Positions 8,935 to 19,700 of a DNA stretch of 37,579 nt are shown here, piece by piece. The stretch comes from Elusimicrobiota bacterium. GTDB lineage: Bacteria; Elusimicrobiota; Elusimicrobia; Elusimicrobiales; UBA9959. The position numbers and the translations under genes were made by a program. The stretch lies in assembly GCA_037137395.1 (NCBI GenBank), contig JBAXKK010000017.1, positions 1-37,579 on the forward strand, in the 5' to 3' direction. Below the pieces are notes generated by a model. The model did no database searches, was not told the DNA's origin, and saw only the letters and a list, made by a program, of their open reading frames with translations. The number at the start of each line of letters is the position of its first letter. The first letter of the stretch is position 1.

Positions 8935-9303
8935 CTATCCTTCAAGGTCTTTGAGTAGTTGGATGGCTTCCCGGGCGAGGATCTCCCCCCTCTCTAGCTT
9001 TCCGACTATTTCCAGTCGCCGCCGCTTTATTTCGCTCTGTAACTGGCTTAATCCAAGCTTTGCCAGTATGTCCTCTAGTCGCGACTTGGCCGTGGGGTAT
9101 GATATGCCCAGGCAGCGTTCCACTTCTTTGATACTCCCCCTGGCCGATAAAAAGACTTTCAGAAAGCGGTCATCTTCTTCGTTCAGGCATGCTAATTCGG
9201 GCATCTCAAAACCTCCCTTGATAGATGTTTTACATTCATCGCAGCAAAGTTCGGTTACAATTATCCTCCCGCTGCAAGAGGGGCATTTGTTAGGAATATT
9301 CAT
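8935..9303 (-). CDS. DUF2089-family protein (Zn-ribbon, HTH, SHOCT-like tail); probable regulator
   Basis: CPSC...CDEC, GSIKEVERCLGISYPTAKSRLEDI and RRLEIVGKLERGEILAREAIQLL. Confidence 0.88.
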   Translation of the reverse strand: MNIPNKCPSCSGRIIVTELCCDECKTSIKGGFEMPELACLNEEDDRFLKVFLSARGSIKEVERCLGISYPTAKSRLEDILAKLGLSQLQSEIKRRRLEIVGKLERGEILAREAIQLLKDLEG

Positions 9304-9353
9304 ATTTTCAACCTTTTTATTAATTTTGTTAATGTTTCCATCAACTTATTAAC

Positions 9354-9382
9354 ATTATACCCAAAAAAATCAATTTTGTCAA
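9354..9382 (-). promoter_or_regulatory. perfect-consensus sigma70 promoter of the DUF2089 operon
   Basis: Minus strand reads TTGACA-17 bp-TATAAT (plus-strand tgtcaa 9377-9382 and attata 9354-9359), about 50 nt upstream of ATG 9303. Confidence 0.85.
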
Positions 9383-9423
9383 TAGGGGGCCGCCGCGCAA
9401 TTAAACCAGCCAAAACGGCCGCC

Positions 9424-9623
9424 AAAAAGGTAGCGTCTACCTTTTTTCTGAAAGGGTGTGTGGCTGTAAACCCATATGTGGAATGTGTATTTCCTTGAAA
9501 AAGCAACTCAGGTAAAAAGGTAGCGTCTACCTTTTTTAAAAAAGAGAAAATTTAGGGGGTTTGTGAGGCGACAGTACGTTGTCGGGGTCCGCTGCTACAA
9601 TAAAAGGTAGACGCTACCTTTTT
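9424..9623. repeat. left REP cluster: three copies of the AAAAAGGTAG-ACG-CTACCTTTTT hairpin
   Basis: Copies at 9424-9447 and 9514-9537 (loop CGT, reverse orientation) and 9602-9623 (loop ACG). Confidence 0.92.
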
Positions 9624-9634
9624 AAGGGGGGATT

Positions 9635-10276
9635 ATGCCGGCACCATTAAGGATCGCTTACCCGGGGGCTCATTACCACATTGTTGCCAGGGGGAACAAT
9701 AAATCAGACCTGTTTTTTGACACGGCAGACAGGCTTGAGTATCTTAAGCGGCTCAGAGTCAGCATCGGGGAATTTCGTGTAAGGGTGCACGCCTATGTGT
9801 TAATGACGAATCATGTGCATCTTTTCATGGAAACGCAGCTTGCCAATATTAGCGAGTTCATGTTTGATATTACGCTTGGGTTCACTAAGTATATCAATTC
9901 AAAATACTCGCGGACCGGGCATCTGTTTGAGACGAGGTTTAAAAGCCGGCTCGTCCAAAAAGACGCGTATTTTCTCTCTCTGCTGCGCTATATACACGTA
10001 AATCCGGCTAAGGCCGGAATAGTGGCTAAACCTGAAGGCTACGCGTGGTCCAGCCATCACGCATATCTTGTTGGCGGAGACGGGGTTGTTCAGAATCCTT
10101 GGGAGGCCTTGGCGCTGTTCAGTGAAAATCCCGAGAGGGCTTTAAAACAATACATTGAATTCATAAATCAGGATATTCCGCCGGAAGAGTGGAAGATCCT
10201 GGATAGTAAACGCAACGGGTTTTTGGGGGATGCGGAATTTCGCAGGCAGTTTCGCTGCGCGCAGTCAAAAAGGTAG
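9635..10276 (+). mobile_element. REP-associated tyrosine transposase (RAYT/TnpA-REP; HUH Y1, IS200-like fold)
   Basis: HYHIVARGNN, HUH motif MTNHVHL, GHLFETRFKS, catalytic Tyr in YIHVNP and YAWSS. Flanked on both sides by REP-like palindromes. No tnpB. Confidence 0.9.
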
Positions 10277-10500
10277 ACGCTACCTTTTTGCGGGAGTAAT
10301 TGCTGAAAAACAGCCGGGTAACGCTAATGTTGCCCGGCCGGGGGTGCGCTTTTTGGTTGGAGAATCCTCGACTAAAAAACGGGTTAAGGGATGAAAATAT
10401 GGCGGCGGTAAAAAAGGTAGACGCTACCTTTTTGCTGGACCCCGGCGTACGCGGGGGGGATGGAGGCCGAGAAAAGAGAAAAGGTAGACGCTACCTTTTT
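10267..10500. repeat. right REP cluster: three copies of AAAAAGGTAGACGCTACCTTTTT
   Basis: Copies at 10267-10289 (contains the RAYT stop codon), 10410-10433 and 10479-10500. Confidence 0.92.
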
Positions 10501-10600
10501 AGGGAAGGGTAAACAGGGAAGCGTCGAGCGTTAATTGTGGCAATCTTCGCGCGGCAGTCAGCGGCCCTCAATTTCCGCTCAATTTTTTGGGATTTATTTG

Positions 10601-10630
10601 TTGACATTTATTTTTCTATCTTTGTATAAT
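10601..10630 (+). promoter_or_regulatory. consensus sigma70 promoter upstream of the giant tpsA
   Basis: TTGACA (10601-10606)-18 bp-TATAAT (10625-10630) in an AT-rich context. Confidence 0.75.
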
Positions 10631-10741
10631 TCTTAATGTTCACATGAGGTGGGGAAAAAATTTCGGATATTTATTGCACATTATCGACGTGCATAATTGA
10701 AATATTATATGTCGTACCATAGCCAGAGTCAAAGAGGAACC

Positions 10742-13700
10742 ATGAACCTTAACAACAAACAGAATCTATTTTCTATCGTGATGCGCGGCGTGAGGCTGCT
10801 GCTAGCGGTAATAATAATGTCTCCGACCTCGGTCTTCGCCAATCCCTACGGAGGGGATGTGGTAGCCGGCCTCGCCAATATCGGCGGCAGCGGTTCAGTG
10901 GTTACTGTAAACCAACTTACCGACCGGGCGATAATAAACTGGAACGGTTTCTCGATAGACACCGGCGAGCTGACAAAATTTATACAACCTAACGCGCTGT
11001 CCGCGATCTTAAACCGCGTGACCGGCGGCGACCCCTCGGCCATCTACGGCACCATCCAGGCTAATGGACAAGTGTTCCTGATCAACCCCAACGGCATCAC
11101 TGTCGGCGCCGGCGGCGTGATCAACGCGCAGAGCTTTATCGCGTCCACGTTGGATGTGGTGGTGGGTCAGTTCATGGCGGGCGGGGATCTTCTATTCTCG
11201 GGCAGTTCCCTGGCCAGCGTTAAGAACGCGGGCAAGATAAACGCTTTGGGCGGCGATGTGATGCTTATCGCGCATAATCTGGTGAACACCGGTGAGATCA
11301 ACGCGGCCAACGGCACCGCTGCCATGGCGGCCGGTTCCGAAGTGTTGCTTAAATCCGCGGGGAATGAGCGCGTGTTTGTGCAGGCCGGCAACGGAACGGC
11401 TGATGTGGGCGTGGACCAGAAAGGACAAATTTTAGCGGCGGCTGCCGAGCTTAAAGCGGCAGGCGGTAATGTGTATGGGCTTGCCATCAATAATGAAGGC
11501 GTAGTGCGCGCTGAAGGTGTTGAGAACAGAGACGGCCGCGTGTATCTGACCGCGAGCGGCGGCACGGTTGTCAATGCCGGCGAGATAAGCGCGAAGCAGG
11601 GCGACAAAGGCGGCGAAGTGCGCATAGCCGCTGATAATATAGTATTAAAGAATGGTTCCCTTATAGATGTAAGCGGCCAAAACGGCGGCGGCACGGCTTT
11701 AATCGGCGGCGATATCCATGGCACCAATCCGGATATGCCCAATGCCAAGAACACCACGGTTGAAGCCGGCGCGGTGATAAAGGCAGACGCGATCGAGAGC
11801 GGTAACGGCGGCAAAGTGATAGTGTGGTCAGATGACACTACAAATTTCCAGGGCAATATAAGCGCGGTAGGCGGAGCGATAAGCGGCAACGGCGGCTTTG
11901 CCGAAGTATCGGGTAAAGCGACCCTTGTTTACGACGGCCTCGCGGATTTGAGAGCACCCAACGGCGAAACGGGGACGCTTCTGCTTGACCCCTTTAATTT
12001 GACGATTAGCGCCGCCGCATCAAGCGCGCTTACCGAGGCCCCTGATTATACCTGGACAGGAACGGCTACCTCCAATTTAAATGTAACCATCCTCACCAAC
12101 CAGTTGGGTGGTTCCAATGTATTGGTTCAGACCAGCGGTGACGGTGGTGATATTATAGTGGCCAGCGCCATATCGTGGAATAGCGCCTATGGTCTCACAC
12201 TTACAGCTTCCCAAAATATATACGTGAATACCGCTATCACTAATAGCGGCACCGGGTCCCTTACCCTTAATGCGGCTTCCGGAGCTGGCACGATCAATCT
12301 TTCCGCGAATATTACCACCACCGGCGGCGCTCAGCTTTATAACGGGGCTGTTGTTTTAAGTCAAAGCGAGATTCTCGCCAGCAATAATGGCAATATTACT
12401 TTCAACAAAACGATTGACGGGTCTGATGCGTTTAAATCCCTGACCCTTTCAGCCGGAAGCGGCAGTGTATATCTGTATGGCTCCGTAGGCGCGGGCACGG
12501 GGACATCTCTTACAAACTTTACAGTGAGCGGCACCGGAACAACATATCTCTCCGGCGCAACGGGCGTTATGCAGGTCAAAACATCCGGTTCCCAGCTATA
12601 CAACAATAGTGCGGTGAGCATCAACACCAACAACGCGGAATTAATATCCACCAACCAACTGATCTCCTTCGCGGGCACGGTGGATTCTCCGAGCTATAAA
12701 GCCCTCACCACCCAATCATATGGCGACACAACCTTCTCCGGCGCCATCGGCACCACCAAGGTGCTTGATGCCCTCAATGTCACAATCCTGGGCACGGGTA
12801 ATATTAATCTCAACGGCGGAGCAATTCATACCATCAACGCCCAGGGTTACGCCGGCCCAGTGCTTATTGCCGCAAATGACGCTTACCTGTACACCGTGAA
12901 CGGAGATATTTCTTTCGGTTATTCGGTTGGCTCGCCGATAACAATTGACTCTTTCACGCATAAACATCTTACCGCCGAGGTTGGCATAGCGGGTAATGTT
13001 ATTTTCTCAAATACGGTCGGCGCCGGAGATAATACGCTCTCTTCCTTAATTGCCAAGTCCGGCGCAAGCGTGGATGATAAAATCTATATCAACGGCACAA
13101 GCGTGACAACCGACGGCTCCCAGGAATATGATGGCAATGTGAGCATCGGCTTTCATGACGCTTTCTTGACTTCCAACAATGACGCGATCACATTCCAGCA
13201 TATGATTGACGCTTCCGGCGGCTATGGTCTTACCACTAGTTCCGACCATGACACCGTCTTTGGCGGCGCGATCGGCAGCGGCGCTACGGGTAAGCTTGGT
13301 TTTCTGAACGCAACCGTCGTAGATACAAGCAACCATATCCACCTGAACGGCAATGTCAGAACATTGGGCAGCGTCAGTGAGAGCGGCAACCAGCGCTATA
13401 ATGGCGATGTATTGGTTGACGCGAACTCCGCGCTTACGGCGGAAGATGGCGTTGCAACTTCTCTTGTCGGCCTTGGCGCGATTACATTTGTGAAAAAAGT
13501 GGACGGCGCCAACACACTGACCACCACTTCGGATGGCAGCACAACCTTCACGCAGGCGGTAGGTTCCGATTCAGGCGGTGAGTTGGCCGCGCTGACAGCC
13601 AATATCGCGGCATCGGGCGCTGGCAAGATTAATATCAACGGCGGTTCGGTTGAGACGGCCGGCAATTCCACATATGCTGACGAAGGATCAAACGACGATG

Positions 13701-16700
13701 GTGATCAGTATTATGACGGCGATGTTGTATTGGGCTACGACACAACTTTTACGGCTGTCGCTTATGCGGGAGACACCGACGGCGGCGCGGTTACATTCGC
13801 GCACAAAGTGGACGGCGCGGCGGCAAACACGCAGGCCCTTACCGTCAACACCAGCGGCCTGACGACATTCACGCAGGCGGTAGGCACTACGGCATTAAAG
13901 AGTCTGGAAACAGATCAGTACGGGACCACGCTCATAAGCGGCGGTTCGGTAAACACCTACGGCGCGCAGACTTATAACGACGATGTGACCTTGGGCGCTA
14001 ACGCCATACTAACCGCAGGCACTCCCGGCGTAATCTTTAAGAAAACAGTGAATAACGCGATCTCTGAGGGCACTCACGCATCGCTCAAAGTCGATGGCAA
14101 AGCGGAATTTGACGGCATAGTGGGCACTACTGCTGACACCAGACTCTCCACACTTGAGGTTACCGGAACCTCCACTTTAGGCGCCTTAACCGCCATCTCG
14201 ATAAATACAGCCAGCACGCAGTTATACACCGGCAGGGTTACGCTGGGCAATAACGTCACCTTGGACAGCACTGGCGCCGAGGCACTCGGAAACATCACCT
14301 TTACCTCAACAATAAACGGCGCGCACAATCTGATAGTTAATACCGCCGGCATAACGAAGTTTAATGACGCGGTGTTTGCGTCGAATGTGACCACGGATGC
14401 GGCCGGCGGAAGTAGCGGCGGCACCACGGAAATCCATAGTAATGTGACAACCACGGGCGGAACGCAGACCTATGGCGACGCGGTGAAGCTGGACGACAAC
14501 ATCGTCCTGACGGGAACCACTGTGATATTTAAGAGCACGCTGGATTCTCTGGTCTCAACCGAATATAGGTCTCTTAAAGTTGATGGTAACGCCGAATTTG
14601 ACGGTGTTGTAGGAACAGCTAGCGACTCCAATTACAGACTCGCCACACTTTGGATTACCGGAACATCACTCTTGAAGGGCACCGCGATAAATACCACATC
14701 CACGCAGGATTATGATGGCGCTGTCACATTGGAGACGGCTGCTCTTAACACGCTTACGGGGACAATTGTAACCTTCGGCAGCACAGTGGACGCGTCATCG
14801 GCAGGCCACGGGCTTAAAGTCAGTGGTGATGCTATGTTCAAAGGTACAGTTGGCACCGCGAGCGGTTCCGATAATAGACTCTCTACACTTGAGACTACCG
14901 GGAACACCACTTTGGGTCTCGTGACATCGGAAAGCGCCATCTCGGTAAACACCACAGGTAATCAGACTTATGGCGACGCTACAAGTGACGCGGTAACGCT
15001 TGGCGCAAACACCACGCTGGCATCCGGCGCAGCCATCCTCTTCAATGGGCGGGTGGATTCTTCTAAGCTTAATGAAAACACATCCGATGGGCACACGCTC
15101 ACAACCGGCTCTACCGGAGTTACTACATTCAGTGGCATGGTGGGCGCTAGTGGAAGCACCGAGCTTGGCTCTCTGGCCGCCACAGCCACCACTATTAATG
15201 TCAACGGCGGCTTTGTGGCCACTTCCGGCAACCAGGCATATACCGGCGCGGTGGTGCTTGGCGCCGCTACAGCCTTTACAGCGCAAGCTGGCTCCGGTGG
15301 AAATATTGTTTTTAACAACACCGTGGATTCCTCTTCGAACGGTAAGAACCTGTTAACCACTAATTCTATCGGGAATACCACATTTGGCGGCGCGGTGGGC
15401 GGCGCGGTGGGCGGCGAACTTGGTTCACTGAACGCCACGGCCTCTGGTACAGGCTCTGTTATTAATATTAACGGTTCCTCAGTTGAAACATTAGGCAGCG
15501 CGAGTGCGAGAGGCAGTCAGTACTACCAAAGCAATGTGGTGCTTGGCGCGGATGCCACGCTGACGGCGGCTGATGGCACATATGCGACACCCGGAACGGA
15601 TGCCGGCGAGATCAGATTTATGCAAAAAGTGGACGGCGCTTATAAGCTGACCACAACTTCGGATGGCAATACCACCTTCACGCAGGCGGTAGGCTACAAT
15701 ACCGAACTGGCCGCGCTTACGGCTAATATCACAGGAGCAAGCACAGGCAAGATCCTGCTCAATGGCGGTACGATTGAAACGTTGGGAACCGCTACAGGTA
15801 CCGGCAGCCAGATATACGACGGAGATGTCGTATTGTGTTACGATACCACGCTGACGGCGGATGATGGCGCGTATACTCCCGGCGCGACCGCCGGCGCGAT
15901 TACATTTTCGCATAAAGTGGATGGCGCAAAAGCCCTGGTCACAAACTCGATCGGCGATACCACCTTCACGCAGGCGGTAGGCTACGATACCGAACTGGCC
16001 GCGCTGACGGTCAATATCACCGGTCTCACGAACACGAACAAGATTAAGTTAAACGGCGCCACGATTGAAACGTTGGGAACCGCTACAGGTACCGGCAGCC
16101 AGATATACGACGGAGATGTCGTATTGTGTTACGATACCACGCTGACGGCGGATGATGGCGCGTATACTCCCGGCGCGACCGCCGGCGCGATCAACTTTGT
16201 ACAGACGGTGAACGGCGCGTACAATCTGATAGTAAACACTTCCGGCCTGACAACCTTCGGCGGCAAAGTGGGTGATTCTGCGGCATTAACCAGCTTAACC
16301 ACGGATGCGGGCGGCAGCACGGCTATCAACAGCTCTAGGGATATTGCCACTGCTGCAATCATAACCACTGGCGCACAGACTTATAACGACGATGTTGTAT
16401 TGGGTATTAACGCCATACTGAACACAAGTTCCGGCGTAGTCTATTTTAAGAAGACGCTGAACTCTTCAACCGTGAACACGCTTTATAAATCACTCAAGGT
16501 CAACGGGAACGCCGAATTTGATGGTATAGTGGGAACTAGTAATAGTTCTGACTATAGGCTCTCAACGCTTGAGGTTACCGGGAACACAACCTTTGGTGAT
16601 AGGACCAATTCCGCGGACATCTCGGTAAACACCACGGATAATCAGACCTACGGCAACAGCGCTTCCGCCGACGCTGTTACATTAGGAGCTGATACTACAT

Positions 16701-19700
16701 TAGCCTCCGGCGGCGCTATTGTATTCAACAGCACGGTGGATTCTTCCAGAAATGGTTCCACTATTTCCGATGTGCACACGCTTACAACCGGCTCTACCGG
16801 AGTTACCACATTCACCGGCGCGGTGGGTAATGCGGGAACCAGCCAGCTCGGCTCTCTGAACGCCACAGCCACCACGATTGATATCAATGGCGGCGCGGTT
16901 AAAACAGGCTTGCTCGGCTCCGCCGCAACTGGCAGCCAGTTATACAACGGCAATGTTGTGCTGGGTTACGACACCACGCTGACGGCTGTGGATCATGATG
17001 CTACGGTCGGCCACGATGGTGGTAACATAACTTTTGATCATTTAGTGGATGCTGCTGCCGTCGGCTCGCAGTCGTTAACCGTCGATGCCTTAACCGGCGA
17101 TGTCACTTTCACCGGCGCGGTGGGCACCACGGCATTGAACATTCTGGATATCGATAATGGCGCCGTAGTTAATGCTGGCAAAATATATATTGACGGCGGC
17201 GCGGTTACGACTACTGCCTTTCAGTATTATCACCAGGCGGTTGAGCTGGGCGCTTCGGGTCTCACCACCACGCTCACGAGCACTAGCGGCTCTGGCGAGA
17301 TTAATTTTATCAGCACAGTAAACGGTTCAGTGGCTGGTACGCAGAATCTAATAGTAAACACCAGCGACATAACAACCTTCGGCGGTTTAGTGGGCAACAC
17401 GGCGGCATTGGCCAGCCTCACCACAAATGCCGTCGGCAGCACGATCATGAGCGGCGGCACAACGGGCAGCGGTGAGACGCTTAAGGTTTCAGTCAATACC
17501 ACGGGCGCGCAGACTTATAACGACGCGGTAACATTAGGCGCTAATTCCATATTAACCGCAGGTGGTACTGGAGTAGTGTTCAAGAACACACTGAACTCTT
17601 ATACCCAGGAAACATATAAATCACTAAAGGTTAATGGTAACGCGGAATTTGACGGTGATGTGGGAGCTAAAAGCGGTGCTGATTATAAACTCGGTGCTCT
17701 TGAGGTGACCGGGAACACCATATTAGGGCTCTCGTCATCGGAAAGCAATATCTCGGTAAACACCAACAATGGTTCTCAGACCTACGGAGATAATGCTGCA
17801 TACGATACTGTTACATTAGGCGCTAACACTACATTGACCTCTACGAACTCCGGCGCTATCGTGTTCAACAGCACAGTTGATTCATCCAAGACTGGTGCGG
17901 GAACAGACCCGGTTGTGTATACATCCGACGGGCATACCCTCATAACCAACTCCGGCTCTAACGCTACCACATTCAACGGCGCGGTGGGCGCGGCAGGAAA
18001 TAGCCAACTCGGCTCTCTGAACGCCTCAGCTTCCGTTATTAATATCAACGGCAGCGCGATCACAACAACTGGCGCCCAGCACTATAACCAAGCGGTGGTG
18101 TTAGGCGGGACTACTACGGATAACGCGACAACCCTGACCAGCACAGCCAATGGGGAGATTCATTTTGTCTCAACAGTGAATGGCGCGAAAAATCTTATAG
18201 TTGTATCTGGCGGTATAAAAATATTTGGTGGCGCGGTGGGCGCGACTACGCCCCTGGCATCACTGTATGTGGACGACCTGGTGGGTACTATACAGATTAA
18301 CGGCGGCTCGGTAAGAACAACGGGCGCGCAGACTTATAAAGACGCGGTTACTTTGGGCGCTTCAGAAGGGTTGGGATACACGACCACGCTCACGAGTTTA
18401 GGTGTAGTTGCCGATGAAGTTACTACCTATGGCGATATACATTTTTACTCCACAATTAACGGTACGGGGCAGAACCTGATAGTAAACACCGGTGGTTTAA
18501 TAAATGCCAGCGGTGTGACAACCTTTGCTGGTTTAGTGGGCAATACGGCTGCATTGGCCAGCCTGGTCACAAATGCCGGCGGCAGCACTGCCATCAACGG
18601 CGGCAGCAGCGAAGGTGCAATCACAATCAAGACCACGGGCCTGCAAACTTACAACGACGCGGTAATATTGGGCGACGACACCACGCTGACCAGCACTGGC
18701 AGCGGGGCCATCACTTTGGCTTCAACGGTAAATGGTCTGATTGACGGGACGCATGTTGATAATACTAATAATCACGACCTGACGGTCACTACCGGCGGTA
18801 TGACAACCTTTGGCGGCACGGTGGGCGCCATCAAGAAACTTGACGACATCACGGTTACCGGCACCTCCACTCTGGGCGTAGGTTCGGCCATCGCGATAAA
18901 CACCAGCGGTACCCAGACCTACACCGGCCCGGTTACGCTGGCTCAAAATGCCACTTTAGACAGCATCGGCGTCGAGGCATTAGGAAACATCACATTCACC
19001 TCAACAATAAACGGCGCGCACAACCTTATAGTTAACACTGCCGGTATAACGAAGTTCGGCGATGTGGTGAGCCTGGCGAATCTGACCACGGATGCGACCG
19101 ACGGGAGTCACGGCGGCTCCACGGAACTTTATGGTAATGTGACCACAACGGCCGTGCAGACCTATGGCGACGCGGTGAAACTTGCAAAGTCGGAAGGCCT
19201 TACCACTCTGACGGGAACCAATGTGATATTTAAGAGCACGCTGGACTCTCTGACCGGTAATAAATCGCTCCTAGTCGCTGGTAACGCTGAATTTGACGAT
19301 GTGGTCGGCAACACGGCGTTATCCACCCTCCAGATTATCGGAACATCTTTCCTAAATGGCGGCGCGGTTACAACTACCAGCACGCAGTACTACGACGGCG
19401 CGGTGACGCTTGGAAAAGCCACGCTGTTGAACACCACTAATAGCGCGGTGACCTTCACGGGCACATCGGCAACAATCAATGGCGCGCATACGCTGAATAT
19501 CCAGGCCGGCAACGGCCCTGTGACTTTGGGCGGCGCAGTTGGAGCCGGCGAGAGCGGAGTGTTAACCTCTTTAACAATCGGCACCGCGCTTGATGGCGGC
19601 CACACGCATATCAACGGCGGCGCGGTTAAAGCCTTAACGCAGACTTACAACAACGCGACGGAATTAGGCGTCAATACCACCCTGACCGGTAATGCAGCCT

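Noticed and set aside
9424..10500. CRISPR-like appearance of palindromic ~23-bp repeats with unique spacers
   Set aside because: Orientation flips within the cluster, spacers are long and irregular (about 45-120 bp), no cas genes are present, the repeats flank an HUH transposase, and single copies are dispersed. This fits REPs.
9300..10512. Small ORFs 9300..9506 and 10300..10512 sharing KKVDATF
   Set aside because: The shared peptide is the translated REP palindrome, with no other coding evidence.
15770..16191. Diversity-generating retroelement TR/VR pair
   Set aside because: The two copies are identical with no adenine-specific mismatches, both lie in frame mid-gene, and there is no reverse transcriptase in the window.
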